64,000 bases of DNA, from assembly GCA_965116225.1 (NCBI GenBank), contig OZ220495.1, positions 2,023,043 through 2,087,042 of the forward strand. Direction: 5' to 3'. Under the pieces are notes generated by a model, which saw only the letters and a list, made by a program, of their open reading frames with translations, ran no database searches and was not told the DNA's origin. Shown here piece by piece: positions 17,773 through 27,934 of this stretch (positions are counted from its first letter, which is position 1; every line of letters begins with the position of its first letter). Source of the DNA: Dehalococcoidia bacterium (GTDB lineage: Bacteria; Chloroflexota; Dehalococcoidia; Bin125). Position numbers and translations under genes: made by a program.

Positions 17773-18942
17773 ATGGATGTGCTGATGAGTGAAGAGCAGC
17801 GGATGATTACGCAGGCGGTACGGCGGTTTGTGCGAGAGGAGGTGCAGCCGCTGGAACGCGAGATCGATCCCGACGCGGTCGAACTGCCGCCGGGCGAGCT
17901 TGATCGGCTCAAGGGTTTCGTCCAGCAGATGGGCCTTTACCACATCGATGTGCCCGAGGAATACGGAGGCCCCGGTCTGCCGTTGACGACGCGCGGCCTG
18001 GTCGCTGAGGAGATGTCGCAGCATCGCGCCGGCCTTTATCTGCCCTGCTACGGCGCGTTCGGCTCTGCTGGTCTCGCCCAGCTGTACGACGCTTCGGACG
18101 AGCAGAAAGAGCGTTATCTCTACCCGATGTTGCGCGGCGAGAAACGCGCCTTCTTCGGTCTGACCGAGCCGTCGGGAGGTTCTGATCCCGCCCGTGCGAT
18201 CCAGACCCGGGCTGTCAAGGACGCCGACGACTGGATCCTCAACGGTTCCAAGCTGTTCAGCTCCGGTGCCGATCGAGCCGATTTTGGGCTTGTCTTCGCC
18301 CGCACCGACCCTGACAAAGGACGTCGCGGCATCTCCGCCTTTCTGGTCGATACCGACGCACCTGGGTTCGAAGTACGGCGTGTGGTGCACACCCTGCGTT
18401 CCGCCAACTACGGTACCGAGCTCTCGTTCGACGACGTCCGTGTGCCGACCGCCAATCTCGTCGGGCGGGAGGGCGGCGGGTTCTCGCTCGCCAACAATAA
18501 TCTGACCCGTCAGCGGATTCCTTACTCTGCTACCTGCATCGGCATCGCCGTCGCCGCGCAGGAGATGGCGATTTCGTACTCGCAACAGCGAGAGACCTTT
18601 GGCGCGGCGCTAGCTTCGCGGCAGGCGATCCAGTGGATGATCGTGGACAACGAGATCGATATCCGCACCGGACGCATGATGTACCTCGCCGCCGCTGAAC
18701 GGGCGGAACAGGGCGAACCCTTCCGCTTCGAGGCGGCGATGGCGAAACTGACTTCGACGGAGGGTGCCAGCCGCGTTGTTGATCGCGCGATCCAGATTCA
18801 CGGCGGAATCGGCGTCACCAAGGATCTGCCGCTCGAACGCTGGTACCGCGAAATGCGCATCCGCCGTATCGGCGAGGGCCCCTCGGAAGTGCAGCGGATC
18901 ATCATGGCCCGCGACCTGCTGGGTCGCGGTAGCAACAGCTAG
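17773..18942 (+). CDS. Acyl-CoA dehydrogenase
   Basis: FGLTEPSGGSD, LNGSK.F, RETFG, QIHGG.G, IGEGPSEVQR. Confidence 0.93.
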   Translation: MDVLMSEEQRMITQAVRRFVREEVQPLEREIDPDAVELPPGELDRLKGFVQQMGLYHIDVPEEYGGPGLPLTTRGLVAEEMSQHRAGLYLPCYGAFGSAGLAQLYDASDEQKERYLYPMLRGEKRAFFGLTEPSGGSDPARAIQTRAVKDADDWILNGSKLFSSGADRADFGLVFARTDPDKGRRGISAFLVDTDAPGFEVRRVVHTLRSANYGTELSFDDVRVPTANLVGREGGGFSLANNNLTRQRIPYSATCIGIAVAAQEMAISYSQQRETFGAALASRQAIQWMIVDNEIDIRTGRMMYLAAAERAEQGEPFRFEAAMAKLTSTEGASRVVDRAIQIHGGIGVTKDLPLERWYREMRIRRIGEGPSEVQRIIMARDLLGRGSNS

Positions 18943-18998
18943 CCTGACATGGTTGCCATCACGATCCGGAGTTGTCCCGGAGTGCCTTGGAGTGTCCG

Positions 18999-19760
18999 AT
19001 GAGTGAGATGATCGAGGTCGCCATCGACGGACCCGTGCGAACGATCGTCCTGAACCGCCCTGAAAAGCGAAACGCCCTCAACGGCGCCATGCTGACCAAG
19101 TTGCATGCGGCGTTAGTAGACGAACCATCGCCGGAGGAGCGCGTCGCCGTGATCCGCGCACACGGCCCAGCCTTCTGCGCCGGGCTCGATCTGCGGGAGC
19201 GCGAGGAGGGATTGCCCGGCGGCGATATCTCGATCGAGCGGATGCTCGACGCGATTCAGCATTGGCCGCTCCCCGTCGTCGCGGTTGTCCAGGGCGATGC
19301 CATCGCCGGCGGCAATGAACTCGCGCTGCACTGCGATTTCGTCGTCGCCGATGTCGAGGCGAAGTTCGGTATGTCGCTGGCGCAGATCGGCTTGGCTCCG
19401 TCCTGGTTCCTGGCCAAGAAGCTGCTTGAGGTGGCGGGTCCTGTTGCAACCAAGGAGATCCTGCTGCTCGGCGACCGTATCCCTGCCTGGCGAATGCACG
19501 AGTGGGGTGTCATCGCTCGCGTCGCCAACGCCGAGGAACTGGATGAAGCGGTCGAACGGATCATCGATCGGCTCAGCAAAAACGCGCCGCTCAGCCTCCG
19601 CGCGATGAAGACGCTGATTACTCGCGAGATGGACTTCCGCGATCACATCCCGCATGAAGACGTCGACGAACTGGTCGCGGCGGCGCGCAACTCGAACGAC
19701 GCGCGGGAGGGCATCCGCGCTCTGTTCGAGCGTCGGCCGGCAGCGTTCGCAGGCGAGTGA
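18999..19760 (+). CDS. Enoyl-CoA hydratase/isomerase
   Basis: LNRPEKRNAL, FCAGLDL, AIAGGNELAL.CD. Confidence 0.92.
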   Translation: MSEMIEVAIDGPVRTIVLNRPEKRNALNGAMLTKLHAALVDEPSPEERVAVIRAHGPAFCAGLDLREREEGLPGGDISIERMLDAIQHWPLPVVAVVQGDAIAGGNELALHCDFVVADVEAKFGMSLAQIGLAPSWFLAKKLLEVAGPVATKEILLLGDRIPAWRMHEWGVIARVANAEELDEAVERIIDRLSKNAPLSLRAMKTLITREMDFRDHIPHEDVDELVAAARNSNDAREGIRALFERRPAAFAGE

Positions 19761-19894
19761 CACGACAGGCCGCGCCAGCCTGCCGCACATTTACTACTGC
19801 TACGGCAGCGCTGGATCCTCCGGTCGGCGGAAGGCGAAGCCGCCCGATTCGCCGTCGATGCCTCCGTCAACCACTTGAACGGTCGGGACGACCG

Positions 19895-20400
19895 ATTGAT
19901 TGACAATCGGCAAGAGCAGTCTGGACGCTCGCTCGCCGCTGATGGTTATGGATAAGGTCGACGCGGCGACCTGCGTCGGAACCACGAGGTTGTCGCGCAT
20001 CGCCGCCGACGCGGCGATGCGCGAGGTTGAGGAAGCCCTTTGAGAGATAGGCCGCAGCGCCGTCCTCATCGATCTGCTCCAGCGTGACGACCACCGAGCC
20101 GCGATCGGACATGGTCGATACCTCGAGCTGCACCGCCGGCCAGCCGGTGATCTCGATGTCATCGCTCAACGGGTCGCTGGCAAACGTGAGGCATCGTTTG
20201 CGCGGGCGTTGAGGTCGACCGTGTTGATACAGGTCACCACGTAGTAACTGTGACGGCTCAACGCGCTCCAGGCTGACGTCCTGGTCGACGTCGTATTGCG
20301 CATACTCGACCTGATTCGGTCGTGTGGAACTGAGCCTGCCGCCGGGCGTCAGCCAGCGCGATCGGAGCTGCGCTTCGAGTAGCGGCAGGCGAGAATGCAC
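19895..20400 (-). pseudogene. CocE/NonD-family hydrolase C-terminal remnant
   Basis: TFASDPLSDDIEITGWPAVQLEVST...EQIDEDG...YLSKGFL and, in another frame, the terminal ASRLLLPIV; no N-terminal catalytic domain. Boundaries approximate. Confidence 0.65.
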
Positions 20401-20454
20401 GAATTGCAGGGCTCTTCAGCGCCCATATCGAACGTAAGCGCTGTGAGCCAGACG

Positions 20455-21036
20455 ACACGTGTGACACGCTGGTGCAGGCCGAGATCGACGGCGCGCCTAG
20501 CAGGACATCCCCTCCTATGCCGTCCTGTTGCTCCTGGCGGGCAACGAGACGACGCGAAACGTTACCTCGGAGGGAATGGGAATGCAGGCGTTGATCGAGC
20601 ATCCCGACCAGTTCGAGTTCCTCAAGGCACAGACGCAACTGCTCAACAGCGCCGTTGAGGAGATACTGCGCTGGACCTCGCCGGTGGTGCATTTCGCCCG
20701 GACCACGACGCGGGACACTGAGATTCGCGGTGTGCCAATCTAGACCGGCGAGACGCTCGTGGTGTGGTACCCGTCCGCCAACCGCGACGCGGACGCGTTC
20801 GAGCGCGCCGACGAATTCGACATCACGCGGAACCCGAACGACCATCTCGCCTTCGGCGGCTTCGGCGAGCATTTCTGCCTGCGCGCGCCAACCTGGCGAG
20901 GCTGGAGATGCGCTCCGTCTTCTGCCACCTGTATCGAGAAGCTGGACGCCTTCGCGCTCAACGGCGAGGTCGAGCGATAACATCTAGCCTCATCGGCGGT
21001 ATCAAGCGTTTGCCGGTGAGCTATCGCTCACTGTAG
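20455..21036 (+). pseudogene. Cytochrome P450 C-terminal remnant
   Basis: LVQAEIDG, AGNETT (I helix), EEILR (ExxR), [18 protein letters not shown] heme motif; in-frame TAG at 20741 and frameshifts; 5' half missing. Confidence 0.85.
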
Positions 21037-21085
21037 GGGAGCAGGCTATATCCGGAAGAAACTGTGCTCTGGCCAATCCAAGAGA

Positions 21086-21844
21086 TCATCGGATTCGCTT
21101 TTCGCGGTTGAAGTCTGCGGGGCTCCCTTCTGGTAGATATGGCTTGGAGACGCTCAGGCGCTTTGCAGCCGCTTCGAAGTACTGGGTGTCTATTTCGAAA
21201 CCTGTGAAACGGCGCCCGAGCTGCAGTGCAGAGACCCCGGTCGAGCCTACTCCCATGAACGGATCGAGCACGTGATCGCCAGGGTTTGAAGCGATACGCA
21301 TGATGTGATCAAGGACCCGAAGCGGTTTCTGAGTTGGGTGTTTCGGATCCTTGAGACGCTCGGAACCCCCACATATCGGGGTCTCGATGAAGTTGTGCAT
21401 CTCTCGCTGGGACAAGAAATTCCAGGTGTGACCCTTGTTCCACATACATACAATCAACTCACAGCTGTTGAGGAATCCCGCACGCCGAATTTTGGGAGCA
21501 GGATTGGTCTTATGCCAGACCATAAACTGGAAGGTATCAAAAAGATGATCGAAGGCTCCATGCCATTGCCCAATGAGGTTGTAACTGCAGAAGACGAAGA
21601 TATTCCCGGTTGGTTTGAGCACACGACGAAATTCGTCCACCCATTCCTCCGGGAGAAATTCGATCGTATCCCACTCAGCCAGATCATTATTCATATCCGA
21701 CCGCCAATCGAGATGGATATTCCCAGTTGAGTACATACCTAAGTTGTACGGTGGATCCGTGAGAATGAGATCTACCGATGCGGCCGCAACGTCTCGCATT
21801 AAGATGTGACTGTCTCCTAGATGGATATTGCAGTGTCCGTTCAT
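21086..21844 (-). CDS. Amino-type (N6-A/N4-C) DNA methyltransferase, beta class
   Basis: DPPY catalytic motif precedes HPTQKP and DPFMGVGST (SAM binding); lower GC than flanks. Confidence 0.92.
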   Translation of the reverse strand: MNGHCNIHLGDSHILMRDVAAASVDLILTDPPYNLGMYSTGNIHLDWRSDMNNDLAEWDTIEFLPEEWVDEFRRVLKPTGNIFVFCSYNLIGQWHGAFDHLFDTFQFMVWHKTNPAPKIRRAGFLNSCELIVCMWNKGHTWNFLSQREMHNFIETPICGGSERLKDPKHPTQKPLRVLDHIMRIASNPGDHVLDPFMGVGSTGVSALQLGRRFTGFEIDTQYFEAAAKRLSVSKPYLPEGSPADFNREKRIR

Positions 21845-22656
21845 TTTGATGGCTCCTCGAGATAAGCAACCCTAATAGTTTCCAATGCTTTGCGAATCAT
21901 GACAGAGTGTCGCTGATATGATTCCAACACCATCTCGTACCCGTCGTTGGAGTCTGTCACGAAATTCCAGAAATCACGCCCAATCAAGAGTTCGCTGTCC
22001 GCGAAGTAGCGTCGAACCGAGGGTTGGGGCCACGGTTTGTTGTCTCCATAGCGATTGTACGCTGTTGCGAAATAGACCGTGACGGGCGTGTCGGGAGGCA
22101 AGGAGTTCACTAGAGTGATGTATCGCAGGAGAAGGTCTCGCTTCTCAATCTTCGCTTTCTTGCTGTCTAGATCACCACCGATCTTCAGCTCTATCAAATA
22201 ATGATGCTGTGATGTGCGATTTGTCAGAAGATAATCCACCTTATAGGTCCGCTGATCGCCAGCGGTGGATGGATAGGATGGGATGGCGGTGTAGTCACTA
22301 GCCTCTGGCTGCCTGATTCCTTGTTCGTATTGGTCGATCAGATCATTAATTTGTGCAGACTCTTCGGTTACGAGCGGCCCTGTGATTTCATTTGCTGAAT
22401 CAAAGGTCAGTGTCGCAAGGCTCAAGGCAAGTTTCTCGATCATGTTGCCTAGCGAACTGTCCAAGGATCGAACCAACGCAGTATAGTATTGTGTTTCGAT
22501 ACCAAGGGCTTCGATAAAGACATTATGAATTTTCCGGTTAATGATCCCATTAGGATCTTTATGCTGTCCCATGTGCTTGCCTTCCAAGGCCTGGGCGAAG
22601 TCTGAGACAGCTGCACGAACAGCCGCGTCTATAGTCCGGTTGTCTGGCACGGTCAT
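21841..22656 (-). CDS. Type II restriction endonuclease, resembles TdeIII/MjaII family
   Basis: RSLDSSLG..IEKLA, VD...IELK.GGDLD.KK (PD-(D/E)xK), YFATAYN; overlaps the MTase start by 4 bp. Family call is from recall. Confidence 0.72.
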   Translation of the reverse strand: MTVPDNRTIDAAVRAAVSDFAQALEGKHMGQHKDPNGIINRKIHNVFIEALGIETQYYTALVRSLDSSLGNMIEKLALSLATLTFDSANEITGPLVTEESAQINDLIDQYEQGIRQPEASDYTAIPSYPSTAGDQRTYKVDYLLTNRTSQHHYLIELKIGGDLDSKKAKIEKRDLLLRYITLVNSLPPDTPVTVYFATAYNRYGDNKPWPQPSVRRYFADSELLIGRDFWNFVTDSNDGYEMVLESYQRHSVMIRKALETIRVAYLEEPSK

Positions 22657-22733
22657 AAAGGTGTCCGTTCTTGAACGCAGCTGCCGTGTAGGGCTTCCAG
22701 ATTGTTCTCAAGCACGAATAGCTGTTTGTCATT

Positions 22734-23495
22734 CTACATCGTTGCGCCGCCGTCGACGGTGATCGTCTGGCCGGTGACGAAGATGTTGCGCTCGATGAGG
22801 GCGATGATGGCGTCGGCGCAGGTTTCTGGGGTGGCGACGCCGCGGAGCGGGGCGGTTTTACCCAGCCGCTTGCGACCGGCCTCGTAGGTCTCGTCGCCCA
22901 GACCGCCTCGTAACCAGCGGCCCTCGATGAAGCCGGGCGCGATGGTGTTGATGCGAATTTCAGGGCCCAGCACTCGGGCGAGCGACTTGGTGATCACGTT
23001 GACCCCCGCCTTGCTGGCGGCGTACGGGATGCACGAGCCTCCGCCGCCAGCGCCGGCGACGCTCGACACGTTGACGACCGCGCCTTCGCCCGCCTCTCGC
23101 ATATGCGGCACGGCGGCGCGGGTGCAGTTGAAGACGCCGCGCAGATTCGCGCCGATGATGTCGTCCCAAACATCGTCGGTCACGGCCTCCAGGTCATCGT
23201 GGGCGATGAAATGCGTCATGCCGGCGTTGTTGACGAGAATTTCGAGGTGCCCGTACTCGTCGACCGCGGCTTGAATCAGTTTGCGACAGTCGTCGTCGAC
23301 ACGGGTATCGGCTTGCACCGCGATTGCCGAGCCGCCGCTGGACTGAATGTTGTCGACGACGCGTCGTCCGGCCTTGGCACCGCGAAAGTAGTTGACGACG
23401 ACTGATGCTCCCAGCGAAGCGAGGAGCTTGGCGGTCGCCTCGCCGACGCCCGAGGATGAACCGGTCACGACCGCCACTTTGCCGTTGATATTCAT
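22734..23495 (-). CDS. Short-chain dehydrogenase/reductase (FabG-like)
   Basis: TGSSSGVG, NNAG, YAASK. Confidence 0.92.
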   Translation of the reverse strand: MNINGKVAVVTGSSSGVGEATAKLLASLGASVVVNYFRGAKAGRRVVDNIQSSGGSAIAVQADTRVDDDCRKLIQAAVDEYGHLEILVNNAGMTHFIAHDDLEAVTDDVWDDIIGANLRGVFNCTRAAVPHMREAGEGAVVNVSSVAGAGGGGSCIPYAASKAGVNVITKSLARVLGPEIRINTIAPGFIEGRWLRGGLGDETYEAGRKRLGKTAPLRGVATPETCADAIIALIERNIFVTGQTITVDGGATM

Positions 23496-23566
23496 AGGAT
23501 GCGCTTCCCTGGTGCGTTCTCTACTGGATCAAACACGACCCTGTACCGCGCGATGGCATACCGGTA

Positions 23567-24757
23567 CTAGTTCCCGCCGGCGGTAGCCGCGGCGAGACCT
23601 GCGGGTATGACTTCGGGAATGTCGATGTGGTAAAGCTTGGCGGCATTTTCCCAGAGGATCTTATGCTGCACGTCCTCCGGCTGGCCCGCCAGGCCGGACT
23701 CGATCGTCTCCTGCACGTTACCGTAGAGGCAGGTCGGATGCGGGAAGTCAGTCTCGAAGAGGATGTTGTCCGCGCCGATGTCGTCGATCAGCTTGCGCGG
23801 AGCGATCTTCTCAAACCAGTAGCAGGCATAGACCTGGCGGCGGAAATAGTCTGAGGGCATCATCTCGAACTCGGGCCGCGCCTTGCGTATGTCGGCGGCG
23901 AGGAAGTGGTAGTCGCAGCTTTCGAGGCAGAACGGTACCCAGCCGATGCCCGACTCGACCGAGATGAACTTCAGCTCGGGGAAACGAGGCAGCACGCCGC
24001 AAAGTAGCAGGTCGGTCATTTGCAGGCCGTTAGCCATAAACAGCACGGTTGATGTGCGCGCGTAGGTCACCTCCGGCCCGTCGACAGCGAGTCGACCCGT
24101 GAAGCCGTCGGTAAAGTCGCCCGAGCCGATGTGGAATGAGATCGGCAGCCCGGTGTCGGTCGCGATATTCCAGAGCGGGTCCCAATGCCTGTCGCCGAGG
24201 AAGGGTTGGCCGTGCGATTGCGGATCGCCGGTGAACAGGATCCCGCGCATGCCCTGTGGCACCACGCGCTCGATCTCCCTGACCGACGCGTTGATATCCC
24301 AGAAGGGGATCGAAATGTTGGCCACGAACCGCTCCGGCGCGGCGGACATCCAGTCGATCTGGAAGTCGTTCCAGGCGCGGACGCATTCGAGCATGAGCTC
24401 AGGATCGCCGAGCGAGAGGAACCACTGCGAGGCGAATCCGGCGACGTTGGGATAGAGAACCTGCGTGTAGATGCCGGTTTCGTCCATCAGCTTGAGTCGC
24501 TCGTGGACGTCGAACGACGCCGGGTACGCCCCCTCGTATGTGGGCGGCGAGCTGGGGAACTTGCCTTTCCAGCCGGCGAACGCGCCGGAAGGGGCGTTCG
24601 CGACTTTTTCGTCGCCAACGAACCAGGCGTTGGTTCCCTGATCGTCTTGCCTCACATGCGGGACGCGGTCGCCCCACTTGGAGGACACGCGCGAGGTCCA
24701 GAGATCGGACGGTTCGGTGATATGGGTGTCGGCGTCGATGAACATCTGGAACGCCAT
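23567..24757 (-). CDS. Amidohydrolase family 2 protein
   Basis: IDADTH, FHIG, ESGIGW, ETDFPH metal ligands. Confidence 0.9.
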   Translation of the reverse strand: MAFQMFIDADTHITEPSDLWTSRVSSKWGDRVPHVRQDDQGTNAWFVGDEKVANAPSGAFAGWKGKFPSSPPTYEGAYPASFDVHERLKLMDETGIYTQVLYPNVAGFASQWFLSLGDPELMLECVRAWNDFQIDWMSAAPERFVANISIPFWDINASVREIERVVPQGMRGILFTGDPQSHGQPFLGDRHWDPLWNIATDTGLPISFHIGSGDFTDGFTGRLAVDGPEVTYARTSTVLFMANGLQMTDLLLCGVLPRFPELKFISVESGIGWVPFCLESCDYHFLAADIRKARPEFEMMPSDYFRRQVYACYWFEKIAPRKLIDDIGADNILFETDFPHPTCLYGNVQETIESGLAGQPEDVQHKILWENAAKLYHIDIPEVIPAGLAAATAGGN

Positions 24758-24848
24758 GCGATCTCCTTCAGCTAGAGACGTGAGTATCCATTGCGAACAG
24801 TGTAACGGGGGACACAACGCCCCGTCGCGCCTGCGCACCAATTCCTCC

Positions 24849-24875
24849 GTCATTCCCGCACTCAGCGCAGGAATC
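24849..24875 (+). repeat. CGTC-type REP-like palindrome, copy 1
   Basis: ctccGTCATTCCCGCACTCAGCGCAGGAATC; similar copy at 31037. Confidence 0.55.
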
Positions 24876-24907
24876 AATCTCGCACGGATGGCGCGCAGCA
24901 GGACGTC

Positions 24908-26626
24908 CTACGGAATCACCGGCTCGCCCGAGACCGCCTTGATGATGTCGAAATAGCTGATCACGACGATGAACACAAGCAGCGCGGCGAATCCCGCCAT
25001 ATGCACGAGACCTTCGCGCTCGGGGCTGATCTTCTTGCCGCGACGCGCGATCTCGATCAAGACGAACATGATCCGTCCGCCATCGAGCATTGGCAGCGGC
25101 AGGATGTTGATGATCGCCAGGTTGAGCGAGATCAGCGCTGCCAACTCGATCAGCCGGGACCATCCGGCGCGGTCGACGACTTCGCCAGTCACTCTGGCGA
25201 TGCCGACCGGTCCGGATAGCTCGATCGGTTCGCCGCCGGCAATCCATGCGCGGATTCGGTTACGAACGAGGATGAGCGTATCGCGAGTCTGGGTCCAACC
25301 GGCGGCGATGGCCTCGCCGAGCGACGGGCCACGTCTCTCCACGAGCCGCGAGGCGTCGCCGACGGAAATGCCGGTCGCGCCTTGCAGCACCTCGATCCTG
25401 GTGCCGGGCGGTGGATACAAAGGATCGATGTCGAGTGCGGCGTAGACCGAGGCCATTCGTACCGATTGGTCGCGCGCGATGCTCGACATCGTGTCGCCGT
25501 CCTGGGTGACATAGGTGCTGTCTCCAGGGAAGTCAAGCTCGATGCCGTCGCGGAGTTCGTCGCTCTCGATGCCCCAACTGCCGATCACGGCGGCAGCAGA
25601 GACGCCGAGTACGTCCGCGATGTCATGCACGGAATCGCCGGCCTGCACAACATGGATCAGCGGCTCGGGCGCAAGTCGCGCGTGGACGACGGCGTCGAAG
25701 TACTGCGTCGGCTGTGTTGTGCCCGACATCAGCGATTCGCTCCCAGGTCGCTCGATCGAGAACACGAGGTCCTCGCCGAGGTTGAGCTGGATCATGCGCT
25801 GCAAATCAAGCGCGTTGCGGACCTCGGTGCCGTTGATCGCGACGATGTGGTCGCCCGCGCGAATACCCGCCTGGTGCGCTGGTGCCTGCTCGACCGTGCC
25901 GGTGACGACCGCCGGGCCGGCAGCCACGTTGTCGGGAATCAGCGCGCCTAATGCGAACAGGAAGAGTGGCAAGATCGCGTTGACGCCGGCACCGGCGCCG
26001 AGAATGGCAATCCGAGTCAGGCGCGACTTGGCGCCGAGCGAACGCGGATCGATGCCAACGGTTAGTCCGCCGACTTCGGCCTCGCCCTGATCGTTCAGGA
26101 ACTGCGAGCGCATCTCCGGCGTCGTGCTGTGGTTGCGAGGCGTCGGACGGCTCGACGCCGACTCGTCGGCATCGTCAGCAGAACTGAGCGTCAGCGACCA
26201 GCTGGTCTTGCGGCCATCGGCCTCGGTGCGGTCGTACGTGAACACCCACTCGGGTTCGCCCATCGTGCCGAGCATGCGCTCGATGAATCCATCGGGTGTC
26301 ATGACCCGCTTGCCGTTGACCTGTGTGATGCGGTCGCCGGGCGCAAAATGCTTGCTCATCTGCGAGTCCGGGTCGACGGCGGTGATCAGCAGTCCCGACG
26401 CCTCTTCGCCGGTCAATCGGACAAAGCCGCCGATCGGCAGCCAATTGAAGGAGTACAGGGTCTCGCCGAATTGCCAGCCCTTACCAATGCGCGGCGGGAG
26501 CCCGATCCCGAACTCCTCCACGCGTACCCTAGCCAGCTTGGCGGCGACGAAGTGTCCGAGTTCGTGCAGGACGACCAGTCCCAGCAGAATGCCGATGAAC
26601 GGCAGGATCGTCTCGATGAAGACCAT
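24908..26626 (-). CDS. rseP: RIP metalloprotease RseP (M50) with extra PDZ and two LysM domains
   Basis: HELGH, GGFVRL, GAGAGVN, PDZ, NILPLPMLDGG; located after dxr. Confidence 0.9.
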   Translation of the reverse strand: MVFIETILPFIGILLGLVVLHELGHFVAAKLARVRVEEFGIGLPPRIGKGWQFGETLYSFNWLPIGGFVRLTGEEASGLLITAVDPDSQMSKHFAPGDRITQVNGKRVMTPDGFIERMLGTMGEPEWVFTYDRTEADGRKTSWSLTLSSADDADESASSRPTPRNHSTTPEMRSQFLNDQGEAEVGGLTVGIDPRSLGAKSRLTRIAILGAGAGVNAILPLFLFALGALIPDNVAAGPAVVTGTVEQAPAHQAGIRAGDHIVAINGTEVRNALDLQRMIQLNLGEDLVFSIERPGSESLMSGTTQPTQYFDAVVHARLAPEPLIHVVQAGDSVHDIADVLGVSAAAVIGSWGIESDELRDGIELDFPGDSTYVTQDGDTMSSIARDQSVRMASVYAALDIDPLYPPPGTRIEVLQGATGISVGDASRLVERRGPSLGEAIAAGWTQTRDTLILVRNRIRAWIAGGEPIELSGPVGIARVTGEVVDRAGWSRLIELAALISLNLAIINILPLPMLDGGRIMFVLIEIARRGKKISPEREGLVHMAGFAALLVFIVVISYFDIIKAVSGEPVIP

Positions 26627-26743
26627 ACGGTCAGCGTAACCGCCAGCGTACGGGCGCGTTCACGCAAGCGCGCTCTCGTCAGTATCCGCTTGGTGTGTCC
26701 GCATAATGTGCCGTTCGGTGTGCGAGGCGTTCGATACGGCGCA

Positions 26744-27934
26744 TTACACCGATGCGGCGATCCGACCGGTGGTGAAGCCTCGCGCCCAGGCGTCGGCGGC
26801 GTCAATCTCGTTAATGCCGGGATCGGCGATGCCGCGGTGCGCGTCCAGCGCCTGGTCGACGTAGTCGGCGATCTCGGTGAAGCGGATGCGGCGCTCGAGG
26901 AAGGCGTCGACCGCCACCTCATCGGCCGCTGCCAGAACGGCCGGGTATGTGCCGCCCTGTCGCCCGGCCTGCTGGGCGAGCTTGAGGCAGGGATAGCGCT
27001 CGAGGTCGGGTTGGGAGAAGTTGAGTGTGCCCACGGCGGCGAGATCGAGCGGCTCGACGGTTGGCTGCAACCGCTGCGGATAGGAAAGAGCCAGCTGAAT
27101 CGGCAGCTTCATGTCGGGATAGCCAAGCTGAGCCTTGACCGAGCCGTCGCCGAATTCAACCAGCGAGTGCACGATGGACTCGGCGTGCTGGACGATGTCG
27201 ACCCGTTCGTACGGCACATCGAACAGCCATTTGGCTTCGATCGTCTCCATGCCTTTGTTCATCAGCGTGGCACTGTCGATCGTGATCTTGGCACCCATGT
27301 TCCAGGTGGGGTGATCGAGCGCCTGCTCGGGGGTCACGTCGACCAAGGCGTCGATCGGCAGATGACGGAGCGCGCCGCCCGACGCGGTAAGCAGAATGCG
27401 GCGAATCTCGTGCCCCTCCTCGCCCCAGAGGCACTGCCAGATGGCGGAGTGTTCGGAGTCGACCGGGCGGATCTGTCCGCCGCCGCGATCCACGACGTCG
27501 CGCACGAGCTGTCCGGCCATCACGACGACCTCCTTGTTGGCGAGCGCCACCGCGCCGCCTCGTTCGAGCGCGGTCAACGTCGGTTCGAGACCGGCCCGTC
27601 CGGCCGTGCCGACCACCAGCACATCGACTGCGGGGTTGGCCGCCATTTCTTCCATCGACAGCACCGAGGCACCGCAGTCGGCGGCGATCCGCGCGAGCCG
27701 CTGTTGGTCGTCCGAGGCGGCCCAGAGGTACCTGGGCGCGAATTCATCGGCTTGCGCCGCCAGCGCGTCGAGGTTATGCCCCGCTGCCAGACCGAGCAGA
27801 TTGAATCGCTCGGGCATCGCTCGCGCGACGTCGAGGGTCTGACGGCCAATGCTGCCAGTGGAACCGAGCAGTACAAGATGGATCGGAGGCGCACCGCTGA
27901 GATCCGTGCGGTCTGCGCGGTTCAGGTCGTCCAT
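26744..27934 (-). CDS. dxr: 1-deoxy-D-xylulose-5-phosphate reductoisomerase
   Basis: LLGSTGSIG, LANKE, PVDSEH, TASGG, HPTWNMGAKITIDSATLMNKG. Confidence 0.97.
   Translation of the reverse strand: MDDLNRADRTDLSGAPPIHLVLLGSTGSIGRQTLDVARAMPERFNLLGLAAGHNLDALAAQADEFAPRYLWAASDDQQRLARIAADCGASVLSMEEMAANPAVDVLVVGTAGRAGLEPTLTALERGGAVALANKEVVVMAGQLVRDVVDRGGGQIRPVDSEHSAIWQCLWGEEGHEIRRILLTASGGALRHLPIDALVDVTPEQALDHPTWNMGAKITIDSATLMNKGMETIEAKWLFDVPYERVDIVQHAESIVHSLVEFGDGSVKAQLGYPDMKLPIQLALSYPQRLQPTVEPLDLAAVGTLNFSQPDLERYPCLKLAQQAGRQGGTYPAVLAAADEVAVDAFLERRIRFTEIADYVDQALDAHRGIADPGINEIDAADAWARGFTTGRIAASV

Noticed and set aside
20741-20743. In-frame TAG (also at 62101) as pyrrolysine or readthrough
   Set aside because: Both sit in frameshifted pseudogenes; no pyl genes are seen.
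21086-22656. Inferring the R-M target from site avoidance
   Set aside because: GGNCC and GANTC both occur often by eye, and no statistic could be computed here.
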